The notes below the pieces were generated by a model. The model saw only the letters and a program-made list of their open reading frames with translations. It searched no databases and was not told the DNA's origin. 64,000 bases of DNA, taken from positions 119,024 through 183,023 of the IMG/VR virus record IMGVR_UViG_3300030202_003733. One strand, given 5' to 3'. Positions 30,616 through 40,801 of this stretch are shown here, one piece after another; the stretch's first letter is position 1, and every line of letters starts with the position of its first letter. The position numbers and the translations under genes are program-made. Source of the DNA: a virus.

Positions 30616-31522
30616 TATCTTGGCCTCCCTGTATAGACGCCATTATCGCGCCAATAACATTGTCATCCAATTGTGTATGATTAACAGCTAAATGATAATT
30701 TTCTTCCACATATGGAAGCATTTGTTTATATTTTTCAAAAGACAGGCTTTTTAAAATATCATAAAGCTCTGTGGGCGAATTGAATCTAAGGACACCCTTC
30801 TCATTAAAGTAATCACCTAAATTTTCACATCCCCAAAATATAGGGACTGTACCACATCTAAAAGCATCAATAAGGGTTTCAGTAAAGTAATTATTATTTT
30901 TTGCATTCATTACGGTTATACTAAAGCAGTAATCTTTTAAACACAAATATTTATCTTTTTTATCGAACTCTTTAAATGCACTTCCCCAAAAATCCACCTC
31001 AACCTTATCTTTAATTAAATTTGTTATTATGTGCCTAAGCTGGTGGCCTGGGGCCCAGTTTTTATTTGAAGCTATGTGGGACAGTAATTTGTTTTTCTGA
31101 TATAGTTTGGCCTTCTCATCGGATATCCATGTGCTACCAGTTGATATTTTTACATACTTTGGCCCTCTAGCTAGCAGCCCTTCATCATGAGTTACAATAA
31201 GATCAAAATCATCCTCAAGTGATAAAATAAATTTGTACGCAAACGGGTGTATTTGTTTGCATTCATGCAGAAAAGCAACTTTGTAATCACTCTCCACTTG
31301 TTTTACTAGTGGGGACATAATGTCTTTATCAGTAAAAACAGTTATTCTTTGCTTCTCATCTGGGAGAACTGCTGGGGATATGGCGCAGTCCTGCGCCCCT
31401 CCGTAGTATTTCCAATTTACACTTGTAGGTGCAATAGCAGCACCAGTGAGACTCCAGTTATCTCCTATTTTATTTAACGGCGTCATTAGACTGTCATAAA
31501 GAGCAACTTCAACCTTCTCCAT
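30608..31522 (-). CDS. GT10 (alpha-1,3-fucosyltransferase-like) glycosyltransferase
   Basis: YCFSITVMNAKNNNYFTETLIDAFRCGTVPIFWG resembles the GT10 motif Y.F....EN....Y.TEK...A...G.VP...G. Confidence 0.7.
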   Translation of the reverse strand: MEKVEVALYDSLMTPLNKIGDNWSLTGAAIAPTSVNWKYYGGAQDCAISPAVLPDEKQRITVFTDKDIMSPLVKQVESDYKVAFLHECKQIHPFAYKFILSLEDDFDLIVTHDEGLLARGPKYVKISTGSTWISDEKAKLYQKNKLLSHIASNKNWAPGHQLRHIITNLIKDKVEVDFWGSAFKEFDKKDKYLCLKDYCFSITVMNAKNNNYFTETLIDAFRCGTVPIFWGCENLGDYFNEKGVLRFNSPTELYDILKSLSFEKYKQMLPYVEENYHLAVNHTQLDDNVIGAIMASIQGGQDNA

Positions 31523-31814
31523 TAAAGAAATCCTCCGTATTTATCGCCTTATCACAAATAAATAAATCATAATGTGGTTTACCAACCTTTACCTCTGTAT
31601 GTTTAACTCCCCACTCCACCAATTGGCTCTTGGTTAGCGGTAGATAATCTACCATTGATACAGAACCTCTAGCAGTCCAGTAAGTAACTGTGTGGCCTTG
31701 ATCATACAATTTATTCATTTTTTCGATGTTTTCTTTTATCGGAATTGCATCAGCGTAATTTCTTTGCCCTTCATATTTGCAAATGGTTTCATCTATGTCA
31801 ACATAATATATCAT
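31509..31814 (-). CDS. Small HAD-superfamily phosphatase
   Basis: YYVDIDETIC (DxD), YWTARG and GKPHYDLFICDK. Confidence 0.8.
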   Translation of the reverse strand: MIYYVDIDETICKYEGQRNYADAIPIKENIEKMNKLYDQGHTVTYWTARGSVSMVDYLPLTKSQLVEWGVKHTEVKVGKPHYDLFICDKAINTEDFFNGEG

Positions 31815-32179
31815 TAGTCCCCCTTTAGGATTCTGTAGCTGTCGCTGTCAAAGTGCTGGGTAGAGAATTCGAATAGCTCCGTGTCCTCTAGGGCCTCCAT
31901 TTGATGACGCAGGCCTCTAAAAACGTGGAAGTTGTCGCCCTTGGTCAAAACTCTCTCTGCGGCCCTGCTTAAATCGTCTCCAGTCGAGTATCTCACTAAC
32001 ATTTTACCCGACTGAATATAGAATACTTCATCTTTTAATTTGTGATAGTGCCAAGAACACTTCTTACCTTTTACGAAATAAAGAAGTTTACCACAATACT
32101 CATCACAATTAACAATCCACTTCTCAAAACCCCAGCCTTTTGGCACAAAATTCATGGGTAGCTGAATATCACTTACCAT
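31814..32179 (-). CDS. Cupin (sugar isomerase-like)
   Basis: VPKGWGFEKWI...YCGKLL...SWHYHKLKDEVFY...HQM..LE..ELFEFST. Confidence 0.85.
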   Translation of the reverse strand: MVSDIQLPMNFVPKGWGFEKWIVNCDEYCGKLLYFVKGKKCSWHYHKLKDEVFYIQSGKMLVRYSTGDDLSRAAERVLTKGDNFHVFRGLRHQMEALEDTELFEFSTQHFDSDSYRILKGD

Positions 32180-32991
32180 ATTGTTTTACCCCCATCAATT
32201 ATAAGATTGGTGCCAGTCATATAACTACTCGCGTCAGAGCACAAGAAAGCAATCGCCCCCTTATATTCATCAATATCTGCCATCCTTCCCATGGGAATAA
32301 TATTGGATAATTTTTCAACAAAGTCTTCAGGGTGGTTGTTGTATACTCCCGTAGGACTAAGACAATTAACTCTAATCCCCCTTTTTGCAAAATAAACAGC
32401 CAGATATTTAGTCATACCAATAATTGCCCACTTTGCGGCTGAGTATGTGACGGGTTTGACATTTTGCGCCTCCTCGGCAACACCATCTTTTCTATAGATC
32501 CTCTGATCCGGGGCGATAACACCGAGATCGGAAGAAATATTTAAAATTACGCCGCCGCCTGTAGCCAGCATTTTATTAGCCACCGCTTGAGAACAGAAAA
32601 AAGTTCCATTTATGGCGGCGTCAATACCCTCAAACCAATATTCTTTTGTCATTGTTTCAAATCTGCTAGTAGGTGACAGGCCATCCTCTTTCTTCACCTT
32701 GGGGTCTTTTGCCGCATTATTAATTAATATGTCAATCTTGTCATAACAATCCAAAACTTTTTGGATTGATTCAGGATCAGTAACATTCATGTGATGCCAA
32801 GTAGCAGAACCATCCCCATACTTTGAGTTTAGGTTATTCGCTTTTTCCAAAGCTCTATCAACATGGTGATCTGTTATAATAACATTACCGCCAAATTCAA
32901 TTATTGCCTCGGCATGCTTTGGGCCTAAAAGCCCGCCTGCGCCGGTTATGAGAGCTGTTTTGCCCTCTAGATTAAAAATATCACGCCCCAT
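32173..32991 (-). CDS. SDR oxidoreductase (PtmA-like)
   Basis: Start MGRDIFNLEGK at 32991. TGAGGLLG, LINNAA, YSAAK and RVNCLSPTG. Confidence 0.9.
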   Translation of the reverse strand: MGRDIFNLEGKTALITGAGGLLGPKHAEAIIEFGGNVIITDHHVDRALEKANNLNSKYGDGSATWHHMNVTDPESIQKVLDCYDKIDILINNAAKDPKVKKEDGLSPTSRFETMTKEYWFEGIDAAINGTFFCSQAVANKMLATGGGVILNISSDLGVIAPDQRIYRKDGVAEEAQNVKPVTYSAAKWAIIGMTKYLAVYFAKRGIRVNCLSPTGVYNNHPEDFVEKLSNIIPMGRMADIDEYKGAIAFLCSDASSYMTGTNLIIDGGKTIW

Positions 32992-33757
32992 TATACATCT
33001 CCTGTAAAATGTCTCTATGTCTAAGAACAGTGGGGACCTCCTCTCCGGATGGACCCCTAGCTGTTTGTAGAGTATATAAGTTGTTATAACCAAGTTCTTT
33101 AAGTATGGCAAATATTAACTTAAAATTTGTTTCCCCTTTCCCTGGGGGGTATGACATACTGCCGCCATGTCGGATTCTATCTTTAAGATGAACATTGTTA
33201 ATCTTATCAAAAATAAAATCAATATAATTCTCATGATTTACAAACATGCTTGTCATATTACCGGTATCGTAAGTTGCGTAAAACTTATCCGAGGCTTCAA
33301 GAACTTCCATAAGGGGTCGAGCAGCCATTTCTGCCTCAAAAGAAAATTTTAAACTAGGAAATCTGTTCGATATTGATAATATATTTTTTTTGAAATACAT
33401 TCTTAATTCGTCATCCACCAACGAACTTTGCTCTAATAATGGTATAGTAACAAAGTCGATGTCGTGTCTTACGGCAGCATCGCATATAGGAATAAGATTA
33501 CTCTCCAAAAAAGGTAGAGTGAAAATTCTTTTATCAACAAGATTGTCAGCACATATTGAACTAATTGGTAAATCTTGCTTATTAAAATTTAAATTTAATA
33601 TTGGATTTGTTGAAAAGGAGTTTTTTGTTACAATCCATTCAATATGATTAAAATTATGTTGCTGTAGTAAATCGAATTCCCTTCTCCATTGCATAGGGGT
33701 GTCTTGGAACCCTTCCAGCGGCGGCGAGAATCTGCCTTGAATAATTCCTAGATCCAT
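32981..33757 (-). CDS. Xylose-isomerase-like TIM barrel (sugar-phosphate isomerase/epimerase)
   Basis: LGIIQGRFSP, IEW, FEAE, YDTGN, HLKDR, GKGETNF and TLQTAR. Confidence 0.85.
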   Translation of the reverse strand: MDLGIIQGRFSPPLEGFQDTPMQWRREFDLLQQHNFNHIEWIVTKNSFSTNPILNLNFNKQDLPISSICADNLVDKRIFTLPFLESNLIPICDAAVRHDIDFVTIPLLEQSSLVDDELRMYFKKNILSISNRFPSLKFSFEAEMAARPLMEVLEASDKFYATYDTGNMTSMFVNHENYIDFIFDKINNVHLKDRIRHGGSMSYPPGKGETNFKLIFAILKELGYNNLYTLQTARGPSGEEVPTVLRHRDILQEMYNGA

Positions 33758-34192
33758 TTATAACTCCTCAACAATTTCTAAAAACACTCCGCCAAGTGCC
33801 TTGGGGGTTCGTGTAAAAAACACCTTTACCTTCCCTCCGGGAGGTTCTAGGGGCAAATTTACATTAATACAACCACTATTTTGAAGCTGTGTGAACAACT
33901 CCTCGGCGTCTGAGACCGTGAACGCTGCGTGGGAGCAACCAAAATCTGTCAGTTTCCAGAAAGATTCTTCAAAAACTTGAGGCAAATCATAAAACTTTAG
34001 CAACTCCAGTAAACCGCCCTTAGAGTCGGCCAATTTAACTGTCCGTACCTTAGCTCCCGGTACACCGAGCATAGTACTAATATACGAGCCCTCCTCAAGC
34101 ATATCCTTTGTTACAACCAAATTAAAATTTTTACTATAAAAATTTATGGATTGGTCGATATCATCTACAACTATACCAGTGTGTCTAATCAT
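33758..34192 (-). CDS. VOC/glyoxalase-family protein
   Basis: IRHTGIVVDD, LELLKF, HAAFTV and FLEIVE. Confidence 0.85.
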   Translation of the reverse strand: MIRHTGIVVDDIDQSINFYSKNFNLVVTKDMLEEGSYISTMLGVPGAKVRTVKLADSKGGLLELLKFYDLPQVFEESFWKLTDFGCSHAAFTVSDAEELFTQLQNSGCINVNLPLEPPGGKVKVFFTRTPKALGGVFLEIVEEL

Positions 34193-34895
34193 TTTGTTTA
34201 CTCACATATGCCAGCAACATAACTTCGTTCGAAAATCTAATAAATTTATTAATTGAGTTAGGTAACCAAGATCTCTTAAAAGGTCTAAACGGAATAGGAA
34301 AAATAGATATAATCTTTGGTATAATTTTTAGTATAGAATTCCTCCAGACAAAAGGCAATTGATAAAAATATTCTACTTTTACATCTTGAAATCCTGACAT
34401 TTTCAGGGCCTCTTCTAACGAGTGTCTGGTGAAGGGTGTGACGTGCGTGTGGTCTATGTAAAACGGCCCCCAATAGCTATGCTCCCAACTTGGTGTCATT
34501 ATTACAGCTTTACCTCCGGGCAATAAAACTCTGTGTGCCTCACTCATAAGATTCAAGGGGTTGTTCATATGTTCTATGACAGATTTACTAAAAACAAAAT
34601 TTATTGACCCATCCTTAAAAGGTAGTTTATCAATTTCCAAATCAGCCTTGTGTATTTCATAATCACTATCAGCAGGGCTAATATCTACGCCCATGGCTTC
34701 AAATCCTAAATTAGAAAAAACGTTTAAAAATTCACCATCGCCACAGCCAATATCTAAAATTTCTAAACCTAAACCCTTGGGTCCAAAAAAGTTTTTAGTT
34801 AAAAACACACCAAGTTTGCTTGGATAATCAGAGTCTCTTTTTCCGTAAGTGAACTCAAGGTATTTCTTATCTTTTAGAATATCTTTAGATGCCAT
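34185..34895 (-). CDS. Class I SAM-dependent methyltransferase
   Basis: Start MASKDILK at 34895. ILDIGCGDG, FSKSVIEH, RVLLPGG and DHTHVTPFT. Confidence 0.9.
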   Translation of the reverse strand: MASKDILKDKKYLEFTYGKRDSDYPSKLGVFLTKNFFGPKGLGLEILDIGCGDGEFLNVFSNLGFEAMGVDISPADSDYEIHKADLEIDKLPFKDGSINFVFSKSVIEHMNNPLNLMSEAHRVLLPGGKAVIMTPSWEHSYWGPFYIDHTHVTPFTRHSLEEALKMSGFQDVKVEYFYQLPFVWRNSILKIIPKIISIFPIPFRPFKRSWLPNSINKFIRFSNEVMLLAYVSKQND

Positions 34896-36147
34896 CGTTC
34901 TCTTGCTCCAGACATGTTTTAACAACAAGTGCAGATTCAACAATCGCATCCTTTGAAATTGTAAGCGGGGGCCCAAATTTGATTGAGTTTCTACCAGTAT
35001 ACACAGGTAGAACGCCGTTTTGAATACATCTCTTGGCTACATTTGTTGCTGTCTCTGTGTCATGAAAAATAACGCCCGCAACCATCCCACGACAATTTAC
35101 ATCAGCAACAAGTGGTGACTCTAGTAGTTCTTCAAAATAACTTTCAAATACAGGTATTTTGTCTTGTAAATCTTTTTGAAATTTGTCGCTTGTTAAAAAA
35201 TTAATATTTGCCAATGAAGCGGCAGAACACAATGCATTTCCAGCATGTGTTCCCCCAACAACTGCTTTTTTATCAACATCTATAATCTCTTTGGTTCCCA
35301 GTAAGGCAGACATGGGTAATGAGGAAGATATCCCCTTGGCCAAACATATAAGGTCTGGCTTTATGTCGCTTGTGTAGGACATGTATCCGTATAGAGTACC
35401 CATCCTATAAAAACCAGCCTGTATTTCATCAAAACAAATCAATATACCGTGTTCTTTGGCAAAATCATAAAGGTCACGAATATATTGGTCCGGGTACATT
35501 AAAGCTCCCCAACCTTGGTATGTTTCAAGAAAAAAAGCAGCTATATCTTTAGGGTCTGGCAGAGCCGTGGGGTCGAAAACACAGTTTTTAGTCGGAAAGT
35601 CTATAAATTTGATACTTTCATCCTTAAAACCACACCACTCAGTTGTGGTTTCATCACCACAAAGTAAATCAGACCCAAGTGTCCTGCCATGATAGCTACC
35701 CCTGAATGATATTGTATATTTTCTATCATTCTTCGCGGCCCAAAATTTAATTAATTTTATTGCTATGTCTGTTACTTCTGAACCAGAGTTTAACAAAACT
35801 GCCTTTTCAAAGTGATCAGGCGATATTTCCAACAATCTATCAATAAAATCTGCCTTAGCTTGGTTGTTATAAAGGAAGGAAAACCACATATCCTTGTTAA
35901 GTTGTTGTTGAATAGCACTTTTGATCTCTGGGTTTGCATGTCCAGCGTTAGCCACAAATATCCCCGCTGTCATATCGATGTATTTATTACCGTAAGTGTC
36001 CCAGACACTAAAATCTTTAGCTCTTTCCCAATCTATAAGCTGCTGGCTCAGCGCTACTGACTCCCGGTCGCTTTTCTTTTTTGATAGCGTAGTTGGCGCA
36101 AACATCACCTTGCTAAGTATGTCTCTATTATTTGTCTTTATCATCAA
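34885..36147 (-). CDS. Class III PLP-dependent aminotransferase
   Basis: YIDMTAG, SGSEV, SYHGRT, FDEIQAGFYRMG and LAKGISSSLP. Confidence 0.9.
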   Translation of the reverse strand: MMIKTNNRDILSKVMFAPTTLSKKKSDRESVALSQQLIDWERAKDFSVWDTYGNKYIDMTAGIFVANAGHANPEIKSAIQQQLNKDMWFSFLYNNQAKADFIDRLLEISPDHFEKAVLLNSGSEVTDIAIKLIKFWAAKNDRKYTISFRGSYHGRTLGSDLLCGDETTTEWCGFKDESIKFIDFPTKNCVFDPTALPDPKDIAAFFLETYQGWGALMYPDQYIRDLYDFAKEHGILICFDEIQAGFYRMGTLYGYMSYTSDIKPDLICLAKGISSSLPMSALLGTKEIIDVDKKAVVGGTHAGNALCSAASLANINFLTSDKFQKDLQDKIPVFESYFEELLESPLVADVNCRGMVAGVIFHDTETATNVAKRCIQNGVLPVYTGRNSIKFGPPLTISKDAIVESALVVKTCLEQENDGI

Positions 36148-36929
36148 GTAATCCCCCTCGACATCCAGTCTGACATGTCGCTAGTTTTTAGTAAATACCT
36201 CAGAACATCAGGTGGAGACCCGCTTCTCATCATTGCTTGTATTGTATCTAATTGGTAACCGGTGTCTATTTCCAATGTATAATCAGTTACTAAAGGAAAT
36301 ACTTTACTACCAAATGCCTGTCCGTGAGCGGACAAAGTTTCTGGTTTTACTAAATCGATGTAGCCATTCGGCTGATATGCTTTTGGGAAGACTTGTCGAG
36401 GAAGATTTGTGTAATTTTTATTCCCGTTAAAATCCTCAAAAAATCCCTTAAAGTATTTTTGTCCTAATTTTAAACACTTGTACGGGGACTCTGGAAGCTC
36501 GTGTGCAGACCTAGCTGCCGTAGACTCGGCGTACTCAGCGCTGTTTTGATATAAATCTATGTAATCATCTATTTTTTTTGGATCTCTAATCGGTGTGGTG
36601 GGCCTAATAAAGGCTATACACTCTTCCTCCCCTCCCCCTTCATAGTAGCCCTGCTTTGTCAAAAAATGATTAATAACATCAAAATCGGTGGATGTGTCGG
36701 TTGCATATCTTGCGGGTCTCATAAATGGAACTTCAGCACCATATTTTATTGCTTCCCTTGCTATTTCATCACTATCCGTAGATACAACTATCCTATCTAT
36801 TCTTTTTGACATTTTACAGGCAGCTATGGAATACGCTATTAGCGGAAACCCTACCACCTTTGCGATATTCTTTCTAGGGACGCCCTTGCTGCCGCCCCGT
36901 GCAGGAATAAGGGCTGTTATTCCGGCCAC
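36144..36929 (-). CDS. neuA: CMP-nonulosonate synthetase (acylneuraminate cytidylyltransferase)
   Basis: IPARGGSKGVPRKNI, VSTDS, PFMRP, RPTTPIR, RQVFPKAYQPNG and EIDT. Confidence 0.9.
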   Translation of the reverse strand: MAGITALIPARGGSKGVPRKNIAKVVGFPLIAYSIAACKMSKRIDRIVVSTDSDEIAREAIKYGAEVPFMRPARYATDTSTDFDVINHFLTKQGYYEGGGEEECIAFIRPTTPIRDPKKIDDYIDLYQNSAEYAESTAARSAHELPESPYKCLKLGQKYFKGFFEDFNGNKNYTNLPRQVFPKAYQPNGYIDLVKPETLSAHGQAFGSKVFPLVTDYTLEIDTGYQLDTIQAMMRSGSPPDVLRYLLKTSDMSDWMSRGIT

Positions 36930-37756
36930 TGATGATTCCTAAGTTTATCTCTGACCGGAACTTCCGACTCTTGCACAGTCTTTGTGGGGCTGCCAAGGGA
37001 CAGTTCTACTGTCCTAATATCTTTAACCAGTCTCGTTAGATCATCTAATTCAATAGACGCAGGCTGGTCCGAGCCATACATGGTTTTATCAAGTGTAATG
37101 TGCCTCTCGATACAGGTAGCGCCCATGGCGGCTGCCGAGACGGATACAATACGGCCAGTCTCATGGCCACTATAACCAGCGGCACACTTAAATACATCCC
37201 TAAGCGTCCACATAGCCCTTAAGTTAGCGGCCTCATTCTTCATAGGATAAGTGCTATTACAATGCATTAATGTAAATGGACAATCGTGATGATTAAATGT
37301 GTTTACAACACGCTCAATTTCTTCCATAGTGCTCATGCCTGTGGAAATAAATGTGTGCCTGCCTTCCCTAGCAATTTCCTCAACCAGTTCCTTATATGTT
37401 AGAAGCGCCGAAGCGATCTTGTTGTGTTTCAGATTGTACTGCTTTAAAAAGTCTTGACTTTTTAAATCCCAAGCAGAGGCAAACCAATCGATTCCCACCG
37501 CTTTACAATACCGATCAATTTCATCATATTCTTGCTTTCCAAATTCGAGCCCAAGTTTTTGCTCTCTATTGGTTGTCCCCCAGGGGCTTTCTCTCGGTCT
37601 GTCCAAATCAGCTTTCGTATAGACTTTTTCTACACACCTCTTTTGAAATTTAACAGCGTCACAGCCTGCTCTGACCGCACCATCAATCATCTTCTTAGCG
37701 ATGTCTAAATCGCCATTATGGTTAATACCAATTTCTGCTATAATATAAACACTCAT
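36917..37756 (-). CDS. neuB: Nonulosonate (NeuB-family) synthase, short form without C-terminal SAF domain
   Basis: IIAEIGINHNGD, DAVKFQKR, KIASA, ISTGMST, HCNSTYP, YSGHE and ERHITLD. Confidence 0.92.
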   Translation of the reverse strand: MSVYIIAEIGINHNGDLDIAKKMIDGAVRAGCDAVKFQKRCVEKVYTKADLDRPRESPWGTTNREQKLGLEFGKQEYDEIDRYCKAVGIDWFASAWDLKSQDFLKQYNLKHNKIASALLTYKELVEEIAREGRHTFISTGMSTMEEIERVVNTFNHHDCPFTLMHCNSTYPMKNEAANLRAMWTLRDVFKCAAGYSGHETGRIVSVSAAAMGATCIERHITLDKTMYGSDQPASIELDDLTRLVKDIRTVELSLGSPTKTVQESEVPVRDKLRNHQWPE

Positions 37757-37771
37757 AATAACTCCTAATGT

Positions 37772-37800
37772 ATACTAACTCTTAACAACAATAATGTCAA
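37772..37800 (-). promoter_or_regulatory. Sigma70-type promoter upstream of neuB
   Basis: TTGACA (37800-37795), 17 nt, TAGTAT (37777-37772), followed by AGGAG and the ATG. Confidence 0.65.
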
Positions 37801-38726
37801 GGCAATTCTCCTTTTACAAAAACATCGTGCCAAGAGCTTCTGTCTAAATTGATAATTTCAATATCAAGCTTCTCGGCACTCTCCTTTATAATTTTCATAT
37901 CGTCTAATATAAAATCCCTAAAAACGTGCTTCCAGTGGCCAACGTTTGGAAAATTTATTGGTAAATTAGCGTCTGTATTTGCATAACCAACACTATAATC
38001 AAGGTCCATTCCGGTAATATATATTGGGTTACAACCCATATGTATTGCTAACATAATAGCAAACATACCCACTGTTTGACCTGGGCCTGCGTGTTTGTTG
38101 TGCCCTGATATCTCCTGTAGGTGTTCTTGAAGGGTTTTATTTATAAAATGATCACAACAATCACCGTGTGACCTCCAAGCGGGAGCTATGTGGCCATGCA
38201 CTTGGGCAACCACGGGGTGTACTCCGTGTGTATTTGGTCGGCTCCACATTTGTGGATTGTTACCATAATCTCTATAGTCTAAATTTTTGTGGTTATCATA
38301 ATGATGTTTAAAATTTTTAAGTATCTGTGAGCACTTGTGTTTCTTAAAATGTTTTGTATCGTAAGGCAAATAATCACATTTTAAATGTTTTTCTATAAAA
38401 TCAAATTTCGTCAAGTCCGCTGTTGCGTTGTACAGCAGGGGAACATTGTATTTATTAAATACGTTCTTTGGATACCCACGAGAGTTCCATATATGATTTT
38501 CTGTAATTGAATTTTTAATTGTAAATTCGCCGTTAGAAACAACCCAGTAATCAGGTTTTTCAGTAAAAAAACTGTACCACTCGTTCACAGAAAATCTTAA
38601 TAACTTTTCTTCTCTTTGTAGTTTTTCTATACGGTCCTTAGAAAAATTTAAACTAGGGCCATGACAAGCCACGACACATGGTTTGTCCTTATGAGAATTA
38701 CGAATTGTATCAAGTTCTATTTTCAT
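37797..38726 (-). CDS. DUF115/Maf-like (motility-associated factor) glycosyltransferase
   Basis: VACHGPSL, FSVNE, PDYWV and AIHMGCNPIYITGMDLDY resemble the Maf/DUF115 pattern. Next to neuB/neuA. Confidence 0.65.
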   Translation of the reverse strand: MKIELDTIRNSHKDKPCVVACHGPSLNFSKDRIEKLQREEKLLRFSVNEWYSFFTEKPDYWVVSNGEFTIKNSITENHIWNSRGYPKNVFNKYNVPLLYNATADLTKFDFIEKHLKCDYLPYDTKHFKKHKCSQILKNFKHHYDNHKNLDYRDYGNNPQMWSRPNTHGVHPVVAQVHGHIAPAWRSHGDCCDHFINKTLQEHLQEISGHNKHAGPGQTVGMFAIMLAIHMGCNPIYITGMDLDYSVGYANTDANLPINFPNVGHWKHVFRDFILDDMKIIKESAEKLDIEIINLDRSSWHDVFVKGELP

Positions 38727-39226
38727 ACTTTTAAAATTAAATCCACATACTTAGCTGAAATTTTTTCGCCGGGAACAGAGAAGCTTCGAACTAAACCAGA
38801 GTAGCCCACGTATCCTAATATGGCTTTAGCAGCGTCCTGGACAGATATGAGTTCCATAACTCCGCTAGGTTTGACCGAGCCTTCAGAGAGGCCTTTTATG
38901 ACTGATTTGTGTGATATAAAAGTGGGAAGTCTTACGACTATGGACTTTAAAGAATTGGCCAGTAAATATGACTCTGCTGTGTGCTTATAATATGTATAAT
39001 ATGTTTCTTTTGTGGAACTAGTTGAAACAAATATAATTTTTTTATTTTTATGTTTCTCAACAAACTTCACAAATCTATCGTACTCTTTTTTCTGTGAGCT
39101 TTCCGCTTTATTTGATACATTCCAAGTATGATAAATATAAACTTCGTCATCACAGGCAATAGAGTCTAAAATTAAAGCCAGAGAATTCCCTAGCTGACCC
39201 CTGCCCCCTACAAGCGTGACACTCAC
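38723..39226 (-). CDS. Short Rossmann-fold sugar epimerase/reductase-like protein
   Basis: LVGGRGQLG, IIFVST, YxxxK (YTYYK) and VVRLP. Truncated relative to RmlD-type enzymes. Confidence 0.65.
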   Translation of the reverse strand: MSVTLVGGRGQLGNSLALILDSIACDDEVYIYHTWNVSNKAESSQKKEYDRFVKFVEKHKNKKIIFVSTSSTKETYYTYYKHTAESYLLANSLKSIVVRLPTFISHKSVIKGLSEGSVKPSGVMELISVQDAAKAILGYVGYSGLVRSFSVPGEKISAKYVDLILKV

Positions 39227-39975
39227 AACTCTTCCAGCGGGCTACATCTTTTCATCCCCCTAATTCTTTGTTCCGTTGCGAGTTGTGTTGCGTGATCTAC
39301 CTTATCAACATTTAATGGGTTGTCGCGATTATATACATAAAGAACTTTATTTATAAAATGACTTTTATGTCCCGCAAGTTCAAATAAGGGGTAAGTCCAA
39401 GCTAGGTCCCACGCGTACATAAAATGATGTTCTCTGTCGCCGGACTCTACAAAACACTCGTCACTAAGGCTATCCCAAAGTCCATATTTAAAAGTCTGTA
39501 AATGCGAAGTTGTCCATGGTGCTTCTCTAATACAGTTATTATCGATTACATAATCTGGAACTTTTTTAGAAAATTTGCCAACGATACCAGACGGGTATTC
39601 TACATAACTGCCGTAAGTCATCCAACAAGAGTGTTTGATATATTCTTCATTCAATATTTTAAGTGAATCTTTTGTGGCAAGCCAATCATCACCATGTAGC
39701 ACAACGACAACATCCTCTTTACTGGGTGCAGTTGTTGAGAGTGCGCTGCGTATGTTCTCAAATGGGTATTTTTTTTCAGTGTTTTCTATTAAAAGAAATC
39801 TATCGTCGCCGTCAATTGTTTTTTTTATAATCTCCACCGATTCATCAGTAGATAAATCGTCAATAAGAATACACTGGAAATTTTTATAGCTCTGATGTTT
39901 AACACTCAATAACGTTTTTCTGATCCATTTATCGACATTATAGAAAGGTATGACCACTTTAAAATGATTAGACAC
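39223..39975 (-). CDS. GT2 glycosyltransferase
   Basis: VVIPFYN, LIDDLSTD and LHGDDW. Confidence 0.85.
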   Translation of the reverse strand: MSNHFKVVIPFYNVDKWIRKTLLSVKHQSYKNFQCILIDDLSTDESVEIIKKTIDGDDRFLLIENTEKKYPFENIRSALSTTAPSKEDVVVVLHGDDWLATKDSLKILNEEYIKHSCWMTYGSYVEYPSGIVGKFSKKVPDYVIDNNCIREAPWTTSHLQTFKYGLWDSLSDECFVESGDREHHFMYAWDLAWTYPLFELAGHKSHFINKVLYVYNRDNPLNVDKVDHATQLATEQRIRGMKRCSPLEEL

Positions 39976-40801
39976 CTAGTGCCTCCAACACCATAATTGG
40001 TATTTCGTCTCTTTTGTTTTCCATCAAATCTATCAAAGCCTCGCCCTTGTTGACAAACCAAGATTCGCCTGCGGCTCCTACTAAACTATTTGTTACTACT
40101 TTCATATTCATCATCCTTGCCTCCACAACTATCCTTGAGAGAGTCTCGGGCGTTTTAGGAAAGAAAACTAGTGTTTCATTAGCACCAAGCTTTTCTAAAA
40201 ATTGGTCATGTTCACAGGGCATTATTAATTCGTATTCTATTTTTTTTTCCGTACAATACTGCTTAGAGTGTTCTGTACCTTTGTGCAATATATTAGAATA
40301 CATAATGGAACTGCGACCAGATTTAGTGTTTTTAGACAAAAGACGTAATGTATCTAAAGTTTCTTTCGCCCACAAGTTGCCGCCAACACTAATAATATTG
40401 TTCATTTTTAAATTTTTCTTAACTATATTGGCATGAAAATCCGATTGGCAAAAAACAGCTTTTGCTGTTTTATAAAACTCATAATTAATAATCGCTTTGT
40501 TCGGAGCCTTAAAATCTTTATAAGCAGCAGGGTTTCTATTGCGTAAATATTTGTGATCATGTTCATAAATAATATATTTTTTTCTTTGAATCGCACTTTT
40601 GTTTTGTTCAGATAAATTTATAAAGTTAGAAACTATAATAGCATCACTGCTTAAAATATTGTATTCGCTAACCAAGTGGCTGTTCACACATAAAACTTCA
40701 TGTCCTTTACTACGCAGTAAATCAATTAGAACTGAGTTGTTCAGTTCTCCGCCACCGTTAACTTGGTCTGCAAAGAAATCTGCTATGAAATGAATTTTCA
40801 C
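39968..40801 (-). CDS. GT-B fold (GT4-like) glycosyltransferase
   Basis: GGGELN N-terminus and FFPKTPETLSRIVVEARM, a GT4-like E-x7-E motif. Confidence 0.7.
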   Translation of the reverse strand: MKIHFIADFFADQVNGGGELNNSVLIDLLRSKGHEVLCVNSHLVSEYNILSSDAIIVSNFINLSEQNKSAIQRKKYIIYEHDHKYLRNRNPAAYKDFKAPNKAIINYEFYKTAKAVFCQSDFHANIVKKNLKMNNIISVGGNLWAKETLDTLRLLSKNTKSGRSSIMYSNILHKGTEHSKQYCTEKKIEYELIMPCEHDQFLEKLGANETLVFFPKTPETLSRIVVEARMMNMKVVTNSLVGAAGESWFVNKGEALIDLMENKRDEIPIMVLEALGV

